64,000 bases of DNA from Dehalococcoidia bacterium. Lineage in GTDB: Bacteria; Chloroflexota; Dehalococcoidia; Lucifugimonadales; UBA3495. Both the position numbers and the translations under genes were made by a program. Positions 53,726-61,027 of this stretch are shown piece after piece (the stretch's first letter is position 1; each line of letters begins with the position of its first letter). The DNA is taken from the NCBI GenBank assembly GCA_963668585.1, contig OY764869.1:1099106-1163105 (forward strand). Reading direction: 5' to 3'. A model generated the notes under the pieces. That model did not search any database and was not told the DNA's origin. It worked only from the letters and a program-made list of their open reading frames with translations.

Positions 53726-54558
53726 GGCGCCTGCATCCGCGGTGTAGAGGTCCACAGGCATCGGCCATCGCCTTGATACCCGAGGATGACCGGGCGGCGT
53801 GGGCCCTGCCTGCCGAAAAAGCGACAAGATGCTGGCACGTTGCCGCCACGAACTCTATGACGGGACATCTGGGCACGAAATCTTGTTTACGGTGTTCACG
53901 CCCCGGGAGCGCCAGCGGACACCGCAAGCAGCGCTTTGCACTCGTTGTCTTTCTAAAAACGCCACGTTTGATGCGGAATCGCCGGTTGCGGTGAATGTGC
54001 AAATGGGGTGCTTTCCGGCGCGCCAATCCGGCGGAGTGCCGAACGGTGCCAGCCTGGCGTCGGCAGGTTGGTTGTCCACGAGTCCATCTCGCTGAGTGCA
54101 TGTACTTGCGGTTCAACGGCACACGCGGCGCTAACCGTGTGCAGATAGGCTGGCCACAACAGCGACACGCACAAACGATGCACAATCACCGTACGGTCGC
54201 CCCACGAACAAATGCGAGGCTCGGGAAACCCCGCTTGTCTCGCCACCGCAACAAAGGACTGCGCTCATGCGCACCCGGTTTGTCACGGCGATGTACCCGG
54301 TTGAATCCGCAACCCCGTCACTCTCCAGAAAAACCCGTCGCTCCTGCGAAAGCAGGAACCCAGGAACCGAACGATGAGGAGATTTGGCGGGGTGTTTGAC
54401 GCCTATGATTACCGGCTTCTCGCTTTCGCGAGAATGGCGGTTGGCAAATGGGAGTTGTGGTGGTGGCCGGCTATGAAACAGGGTTACGCATGAACGGCGG
54501 CCACACCCGCAGTCCGTCGCCTGTCCCTACCGCGCCTGTGATTGCGCCGGTGCGGCAG

Positions 54559-54686
54559 GGCCATTCGATTATTGACCGCAGTTGAGGTGGTCCGCTCGTC
54601 CTTCGACAGGCTCAGGGTGAGCGGACGGTTAGCAGGGAACCGTTCTGATAACAGCAATTGCCTGCGGCCAGGATAATCGAATGGGC
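54559..54686 (+). repeat. intergenic palindromic MITE/REP-like element, copy 11, full length (flipped core 54592-54624)
   Basis: The element reads gggccattcgattattgaccgcagttgaggtggt, then ccgctcgtccttcgacaggctcagggtgagcgg, then acggttagcagggaaccgttctgataacagcaattgcctgcggccaggataatcgaatgggcc. Confidence 0.85.
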
Positions 54687-54870
54687 CTGGCCGTCGCCGC
54701 CCTCCCGATACACAAAAGCGCATCAACTGCACGTATAATGTCAAGCCATCAACACGCTCCATGGATCGCATCCCGGCCCTATTGGGCCAGTCAACCGCAC
54801 GGCGTCGGTGGATGGCGCCCGAATCGAAATCGGTTTCGTTGCGCAAGACATTTGAGGTTGTTAACGCATC

Positions 54871-56319
54871 GTGGTTACAGAGCGCGAATTCCAGAAAGCC
54901 AGACACGCCCAGGTCGGATTCGTTATGCGCGCTTACCGTGAATCCTACGTGGATGAAAACGGCAGGCTGGGGCTGTCCCAAGAGGGATTGCTACGGCGCA
55001 TGGCATCCGTGGACGGGAGTTTTGGCGAACGGTTCAGCCATGCCACCGTGTCGCGCTGGGAAGCCGGGACCGTCCGACCCAGAATTGACCGCATCAAGAC
55101 ATTCGGCGCGGCGCTCAACCTGTCGGACATGGAGACCGCCGGCCTCATACTGCTGGCGGGACTGGCCCCTGACATCGCTTCCGCAGGCAGAGAAGTCGGG
55201 ATGGGCGTCGCGGGGCCGGAGGCCGACGAGGCCACCGACGCCAGAAACCGAGCAGCCACAAACGAAGCGCCGGCGGCTCCAGGCACGGATGACGCAGGCT
55301 CGATCCTGAGTTCACTTGGCCACCTGCTGCTGCTGCGGATCCTTCCCATCGCCGTGTTCATCGTTGGCGCGGGATACGGCCTGGGCGCGCTGGGTTGGGA
55401 CGCCGACTGGATGCCAACCGCCTTTGTGTGCGCGACCACCGCGTTGGTCCTGGCGCAAGGGCTGCTCAGGCCCGACCGGGCCGCGGGGTTGCGCGATTTC
55501 TTCTGGGTATCCCTGTTTTTCGCCCTGGCGGTTCCCACTTTGCAGTTCGCGCCACTGGACATGGACCATTTCGGGTTCTACGTCATGCGCGATTTCTACG
55601 GCACTCACATGCCCTATATGTTGACCCTGCTGGTGTGCCTCGCCACCGCCGGGCTGGCCGGCGTGATGTTTCACCTGCTGGGATGGTGGACAGATCGGGG
55701 AAACCGGGCCAGGGACGGAGTTGTGGGGCGGACGGTCTGGGCGATGCTACCGCCACTCCTGGCGTCCTACGTGGTGGTGATGGTCCTCTCCAACATCTCG
55801 GTCTGGATCCAGTCGGCCGTGGTATTTGCGGTGTTGGGCGGGATAATGGGCGCAGTCATGGCGCTGCAGGACCCTGTGGTCAACCCGACCCGGGGTCAGC
55901 GCCGTTTCCTTTTGCCCGCAACCTTCGCCTCCGCCCTGGTGTTGAGCATCGCGGGGATGTTCACCATCTTCATAATGTACGTCTCGCCGGACGTGCCCAG
56001 GATATTGCCCGACCACAACCTGCTGGGATCCTGGGAGATCGACTTCGATGCCCTGGGTTACACCCGGGAGGAAGTGATGGCGCGTCTCGACGCCGGCTAT
56101 GTGTGGCACGCCATGTTCCTGTTCGTGTACATGGTGTTCTGCGTGGGCGGCAAATTGCTCAAGGTGGTGTACGTCCTGGCCGGCGATGATTCCGCCGGCC
56201 CCGACGCGGTTGTTTCGGACGCCTCCGAGCCGGCCGCCACGGACAGTTCGCCCCAGCCTCAAGGGTTGCGCTTCACGTTGCCAGCGAAGCCGTGGCCCAA
56301 CCTGCCGCGCGTAACCTGA
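54871..56319 (+). CDS. XRE-type HTH domain fused to a polytopic membrane domain
   Basis: The N-terminus ...GLSQEGLLRRMASVDGSFGERFSHATVSRWEAGTVRP... is HTH_XRE-like. An Ala/Pro linker and many hydrophobic segments follow. Confidence 0.65.
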   Translation: MVTEREFQKARHAQVGFVMRAYRESYVDENGRLGLSQEGLLRRMASVDGSFGERFSHATVSRWEAGTVRPRIDRIKTFGAALNLSDMETAGLILLAGLAPDIASAGREVGMGVAGPEADEATDARNRAATNEAPAAPGTDDAGSILSSLGHLLLLRILPIAVFIVGAGYGLGALGWDADWMPTAFVCATTALVLAQGLLRPDRAAGLRDFFWVSLFFALAVPTLQFAPLDMDHFGFYVMRDFYGTHMPYMLTLLVCLATAGLAGVMFHLLGWWTDRGNRARDGVVGRTVWAMLPPLLASYVVVMVLSNISVWIQSAVVFAVLGGIMGAVMALQDPVVNPTRGQRRFLLPATFASALVLSIAGMFTIFIMYVSPDVPRILPDHNLLGSWEIDFDALGYTREEVMARLDAGYVWHAMFLFVYMVFCVGGKLLKVVYVLAGDDSAGPDAVVSDASEPAATDSSPQPQGLRFTLPAKPWPNLPRVT

Positions 56320-56350
56320 CACCACAATGCGTAACCTGACACGGCGACGC

Positions 56351-56415
56351 GGAATCTATTGACGGTAGATGAGGTAGTACGCTCATCCTGAGCCCGTCGA
56401 AGGACGCGCTCGCTA
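56351..56415 (+). repeat. intergenic palindromic element, copy 12 (degenerate core 56379-56410)
   Basis: The sequence is ggaatctattgacggtagatgaggtagtacgctcatcctgagcccgtcgaaggacgcgct. Confidence 0.6.
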
Positions 56416-56596
56416 CTCGGCAGTCTTGCCATGAGCGCAATGCGTGGCGACTTTGGAAAGCCCTGTGACGGTTTTCGGATCCCACCGATTGAATCGCAAT
56501 GACAAACTGGGTGCGCACCGGCGTAAGCGCTGGTTGAGAGCCCAATCGGCCCTGTGCTATCATCCGGCGACACGTTCTCTGTCGGTTCGTGTCCGG

Positions 56597-56671
56597 GCGG
56601 GCGTAACTCAGTGGTAGAGTGTTTGCTTCCCAAGCAAAAAGTCGTGGGTTCGAATCCCATCGCCCGCTCCA
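56597..56671 (+). tRNA. tRNA-Gly (anticodon CCC), CCA encoded
   Basis: I folded the cloverleaf by hand. The acceptor stem is gcgggcg/cgcccgc and the D arm is actc-agtggta-gagt. The anticodon stem is tttgc/gcaaa with loop ttCCCaa. The T arm is gtggg-ttcgaat-cccat, followed by discriminator t and cca. Confidence 0.9.
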
Positions 56672-56846
56672 GCAATTATGGGCTGTCTATGAACAAAGTG
56701 CGGGCGCGTCCGAGCCCGGCCCCCCGGCGGTGGTTACATCCTCACCGTAGATGACGCAATCGAATGGGTGTGGGACCATCCGCGAAAACCGTGGCGCAAT
56801 AAGTCTGTAATATCTTGATGAGTCCGTAGCATCTACGTTGCGTTCA

Positions 56847-56876
56847 CCTCCGCCAGAGTTTCGGCGGAGGTTTTTT
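56847..56876 (+). terminator. intrinsic terminator downstream of tRNA-Gly
   Basis: CCTCCGCC-agagtttc-GGCGGAGG is followed by TTTTTT. Confidence 0.7.
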
Positions 56877-57129
56877 ATGAGCTGCGCCAAGTGCGGGCTG
56901 GAGATCGCGGGCGAGCCAAGCGGCGACAACGCGATCGTCGTCAAGCACCACTGGTCGGGCACTACTTGCGGGTCGGCCTGGCCACGTTTTGGACCTGCAT
57001 CGCGGTGTGGCAGACGCTTCAGAACGGGTTCCTGCAACTGCATATGCTGCTCTGGTGGGCGACTGCAACTCGGCCGTCGTCTTGCCCTCGACGTCGCCGT
57101 AGAGGGCGTGCGGATCCGGCGCAGGCAGG

Positions 57130-57315
57130 ATGAATGAGATGTGGCCCAAGATCAACATCGCCGACGCCTGGTACATCGGCGCGGTCATGGCCTGCGGGTT
57201 CATTACGTTCTACTCGCTTCCGGAGATCATCCCGTTCCTGGGCAGGCTAACGATGATGGCGCTGGTGGAGGGATCCATCGGATTCGCATTCAGAGAGACG
57301 AAACAGGAGCCGTAA
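57130..57315 (+). CDS. small hypothetical membrane protein
   Basis: 61-aa ORF with two hydrophobic stretches. There is no family assignment and support is weak. Confidence 0.3.
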   Translation: MNEMWPKINIADAWYIGAVMACGFITFYSLPEIIPFLGRLTMMALVEGSIGFAFRETKQEP

Positions 57316-57510
57316 GATGAACCCCAACGCCCGACCAACCGCGCCTGCCACCGTTGTTGACGGATTGGAACTTGGCAGAATACCGCCTGGCATACGATTG
57401 ACGGCTGGTATGACGCTGTGGATACTCGGCGACCAACCGGGGCCTGTGGCCTGGTTCGAGGGGATCTGTTCTTCGGCCGTCTGCCGGTGTCAGGAAAGGG
57501 AGGTGAGGGA

Positions 57511-58608
57511 ATGTTTGCCCAGTTTTCTCAGGTGTCGCAAGTGTCGCGGAGGCGCATACGCCTTCTGGTGTCTCTGGCGGTGGCGGTCGGCCTGCTGGTG
57601 GTTGCCTGGCACCTGCTGGTAGTGATGATACCGCTCATGATCAGCGCCGTCGCGGCCGCGATGCTGATGCCCGTCATGAGGTTGGGCGAGCGTTCGCCGC
57701 TGGCGCGGAGATGGCCCAGGGTGAACCGGCTGTCGTTGGCGGTGGCGGCGTCGCTGCTGGCGGTGGTGGCCGCGCTGGGTGTGCTGGGACTGGCGACTTA
57801 TGCGCTGGTCGGCGGCGCCAGGACCTTCACGGAGTCGATTCCCGGCCTTGCTGAGGAGAGCCGGGGGGTGTTCCAGCAGATCGAGGCGTCGTATCAAGAC
57901 CGGGTGCCGCCAAGGATTCAGGAAGTTCTGAACCCGCGTCTGGAAGAGTATCGTGCGGCTCTACTGGACGCCGGCTTGTCCTCGCTGGAGGGGGCGGCGG
58001 GCGCGCTGCAGAGCAACATCCCGCAGATGATCGCCATCATCGCGACTCCGGTGGCGATCTTCCAGATGCTGTACCAGCCCAGGGCGTTGACAGACGCGCT
58101 GCGCCAACTGGTGCCGGGGCCGATGCAGGAGGATCTTTCCGAGATGGGGAGACTGGCGGGCAGGACGGTGATCGCCTACGTTCGCGTGCAATTATTCGGA
58201 GCCCTGTTCGTTGGCGGGTTGATCTGGCTGCTCTACTGGTCGGTGGGCATCAAGTTGGCGTTGCCGCTGGCGCTGCTGGCTGCCTTCACCGAGTTGGTGC
58301 CCATCATCGGGGCGACGATTTTCATCCTGGCGGCGGGGGTGGCGGTGGCGCTCACCGACTTTGACCGGTTGCCGCTGGCGGTCGCGTTTTTCGTCCTGGT
58401 TCAAGTCATCCAGAACGGCGTCGTTGCCCCGAGGTTGCAGGGTCAGGCGCTGGGGCTGCACCCGGTGCTGATCGTGTTTGCGCTGGCCGTTTTCAGCGTG
58501 TTTTTCGGTATCGTGGGCGCCCTGGTGGCGGCGCCGGTTGCGGGCGTCGCCTTCCGGGTTCTGCAGTACGTGCGCGAGGAATGGAACAACGCGGAAACGA
58601 TTGCCTGA
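57511..58608 (+). CDS. AI-2E family transporter (PerM/UPF0118)
   Basis: The ATG at 57511 follows a GGGAGGTGAGGG RBS. The protein is polytopic, with ...FTELVPIIGATIF... and ...VIQNGVVAPRLQG..., as in the AI-2E family. Confidence 0.8.
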   Translation: MFAQFSQVSQVSRRRIRLLVSLAVAVGLLVVAWHLLVVMIPLMISAVAAAMLMPVMRLGERSPLARRWPRVNRLSLAVAASLLAVVAALGVLGLATYALVGGARTFTESIPGLAEESRGVFQQIEASYQDRVPPRIQEVLNPRLEEYRAALLDAGLSSLEGAAGALQSNIPQMIAIIATPVAIFQMLYQPRALTDALRQLVPGPMQEDLSEMGRLAGRTVIAYVRVQLFGALFVGGLIWLLYWSVGIKLALPLALLAAFTELVPIIGATIFILAAGVAVALTDFDRLPLAVAFFVLVQVIQNGVVAPRLQGQALGLHPVLIVFALAVFSVFFGIVGALVAAPVAGVAFRVLQYVREEWNNAETIA

Positions 58609-58689
58609 GCTGACGGAAATAGATTAAGAAGGGACCTGCAAATGTTGCGTCGGGCTCGGCGGAGTCTGGGCGATGTTGCGGCTCCACGT

Positions 58690-58828
58690 TCACGAAGTTG
58701 GACTGTGGCCCCGCGCCGTCGTCGTTGATGGCCTTGATGCGGTGGACGTACAGGTCTTCGGTGGCCACGCTGTCGCTTGGGGCCGCCCACGTGAGGCCGA
58801 TGGCAGAGTTGCTAATGAACCCTGCCAT
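58690..58828 (-). pseudogene. possible fragment of an FN3-domain gene
   Basis: The N-terminal part of track ORF 58493..58828 (...GLTWAAPSDSVATEDLYVHRIKAINDDGAGPQSNFVNV) looks like an isolated FN3 C-terminal half. The remainder overlaps the AI-2E gene antisense. Confidence 0.3.
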
Positions 58829-58857
58829 GGCTAGACTGATTTGGAGATGTGCCGATC

Positions 58858-59031
58858 ATGACCAACTTTGCCGACCGAACCATCTGGACCGGGGACAACC
58901 TGGACATCCTGCGCGGCATCAACTCCACGTCGGTTGATCTCATCTACCTGGACCCGCCGTTCAATTCCAACCGCAACTACGCCGCGCCGGTGGGCAGCGC
59001 TGCGGGAACTGGGGATTGCAGAGTGACATGA
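58858..59031 (+). pseudogene. N-terminal fragment of a DNA methyltransferase (DPPF/DPPY motif IV)
   Basis: MTNFADRTIWTGDNLDILRGINSTSVDLIYLDPPFNSNRNYAAPVGSAA is a typical beta-class N4/N6 MTase N-terminus. Family-like sequence ends near 59005, and no remainder is present downstream. Confidence 0.7.
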
Positions 59032-60113
59032 AGCAACTCTTTCAGAAGTTCTGGCCGGCAGCAAGTACGGCGAGAATTGTGATCGTGGTCGCGGCCCTAT
59101 TGATCTTAGGAAGCGTCCTTTCGTGGCTGGGTTGGGATTGGTTGCGTGAGGAGCAGCCCATGACTGCGTCCAACGGAGAAACGGCCAGGAACGTGGGATT
59201 TCTGATTGCTGGTAGCTTGGCTTTGGTCTTTGCTGTGTGGCGAGCGATAGTTGCAGAACAGCAAGCGATGGCCTCGCGAGGCCAAACCGAAACCGCCCAG
59301 CAAGGGTTATTAAACGAACGCTACCAACGAGGAGCCGAGATGCTCGGCAGTGAAGTCCTTGCAGTTCGGCTTGGTGGAGTGTACGCGTTACAACGACTCG
59401 CTTCCGGACACCCAGATGGGTATCACCTACAAATCATGCGACTACTCTGTGCATTTGTTCGAACGCCTACCAAGGACGAGCCTTTGGACCGCCCTATTTT
59501 TTTCGAAGGTGAGCAATACGATCCTCTGATACGTGACGACGTCCAAGCTGCTATGTCCGCCATAGGTGAGCGTGATTTACATCGCATCGAACTAGAGAAC
59601 GCAAAGCGCTTCACGTTGGATCTACGTAGGTCCAATTTGTCTAGAGGGGTTTTTGGCGGGTTCCTCCTGGATGGCGCAGATCTATCCGACGCCAATTTAG
59701 AGGGAGCTCAGTTGGAAACAGCGTCCGTAAAAGGCGGAAAACTGTTACGCGCAAGATTGGCCAGTGCCAAAATCAACGGAGCTGACTTTCACATGGCAAA
59801 CCTCGAAGGTGCTCTCTGTTTCAATACAGATCTTCGGGATGCTCGGCTAACATTCGCCACATTGAAGGGAGCGGATCTAAGGGGTGCGAATCTCGAGGGT
59901 GCTGACGTGTCGGGCACGGTCTTCGGCCAAGCTGGGCGTCGTGGGGATCACCCAGAGTATGGCATGTACATCAGCACTGCTTACACGTCATTGACTCAGA
60001 AGCAACTCGAGCAGGCGACAGCCGCCATTGACTGCCCGCCGGTCATCGAGGATGGAACCATCGATGCGGAAACCGGCGTCGGGTTAGCTCTCCCAGGTGG
60101 GATGGACAAGTGA
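59016..60113 (+). CDS. pentapeptide-repeat protein with an N-terminal two-TM anchor
   Basis: TM segments are ARIVIVVAALLILGSVLSWLG and VGFLIAGSLALVFAVW. The C-terminal pentapeptide repeats read ADLSDANLEGAQLETASVKGGKLLRARLASAKINGADFHMANLEGALCFNTDLRDARLTFATLKGADLRGANLEGADVSG. GC is lower than in the flanks. Confidence 0.75.
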   Translation: MQSDMKQLFQKFWPAASTARIVIVVAALLILGSVLSWLGWDWLREEQPMTASNGETARNVGFLIAGSLALVFAVWRAIVAEQQAMASRGQTETAQQGLLNERYQRGAEMLGSEVLAVRLGGVYALQRLASGHPDGYHLQIMRLLCAFVRTPTKDEPLDRPIFFEGEQYDPLIRDDVQAAMSAIGERDLHRIELENAKRFTLDLRRSNLSRGVFGGFLLDGADLSDANLEGAQLETASVKGGKLLRARLASAKINGADFHMANLEGALCFNTDLRDARLTFATLKGADLRGANLEGADVSGTVFGQAGRRGDHPEYGMYISTAYTSLTQKQLEQATAAIDCPPVIEDGTIDAETGVGLALPGGMDK

Positions 60114-61027
60114 TAGTTGGTCTAAATTGATACCCGAATTGCTTCACACAATTAAGCTTGCGTAAACCGGTTTGTTCGGGGAGATCGGCGCGCGCCGGAA
60201 TTCCGAAACTCGCACCCCGCCTGATCGGGAATCGCCGCCGAAACCGAGCAATCCCAAAGAGATTGCGACTGAGTCCGTCGCTCCCCGTCCGCTGACCGAT
60301 ATTGAGAGGTCGACGGTGGTATTGATACCACAATATCCTTCAATCTCAGACGGTTTCCAATGCTCCCGGCAGGCCCGTCATGGGACCAGCAGCGGTAATT
60401 TCTGGAGCCGATGTACGAGAATCTTTCGCCTGAGGAGACTGACGATCCGGGAAACGGGCCGACAGTTTTTGCTGGATTGGTCGTTTCAATTCGACGTATC
60501 TGACCAATCGGCGACCCGAGTTGATGTCGGCCGTGGTTTTCGTGGGGACCGCCGATCCGACGCCGACCCCTACGGCACTGCCGACGCCTCGATACCGACT
60601 GTACGGTGCATTGCGACACCGTTTGATTCAGATAATTAATCGTACGTTTGCCACTGGCCTCCCGCTATGGAACGTCCAATTGTGGTTTGCGAACACAATC
60701 TGGTGTTTGCTGGTACGCGGTCGGACGACCTTCAAGGTCCCCAACAGAGGCGTGCCCCATGGTACACTGTGCCCCGCGACCGCTGCTGACATAAATCTGT
60801 TATTGGCCTCTGCACTGATCCTGGCGCGCTGATGATCCCACCAGCAGATCGGAGTTTTCTTTGTACTCTATCCTGCTGACTCGAAGAACCCGCGACGCTC
60901 GAATTCGCTTGAAGCGTGCCCGTGGCCCTGTTTGGGAAATACGCACCGGAAAGCGCCGATGCGCCTCAGTTTCCCGTAGCTGTTCCGGCCAGCAACTCTT
61001 GATCCGTACTCGACCCTGGTGAAGGAC

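Noticed and set aside
53726-54558. ORFs 53538..54185, 53799..54095 and 53995..54399 in the large divergent intergenic region.
   Set aside because: They are Cys/Arg-rich and mutually overlapping, with no RBS and no family resemblance. The region is probably regulatory or non-coding.
12111-56410. A CRISPR array, suggested by the recurring 33-nt palindrome.
   Set aside because: The copies are dispersed singly over 44 kb in separate intergenic regions, with conserved flanking arms. They are not arrayed with regular spacers, and no cas genes are present.
56877-57137. A Cys-rich ORF (MSCAKCGLEIAG...) starting right after the tRNA terminator.
   Set aside because: Beyond the first ~40 residues its composition is Arg/Cys/Gly-rich. 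It also overlaps an equally long antisense ORF. There is no RBS, because the T-run of the terminator abuts the ATG.
60114-61027. The missing remainder of the truncated methyltransferase, or another gene in this 0.9-kb gap.
   Set aside because: None of the six frames shows MTase-like motifs or a convincing ORF. The track ORFs here are Arg/Ser/Pro-rich and mutually overlapping.
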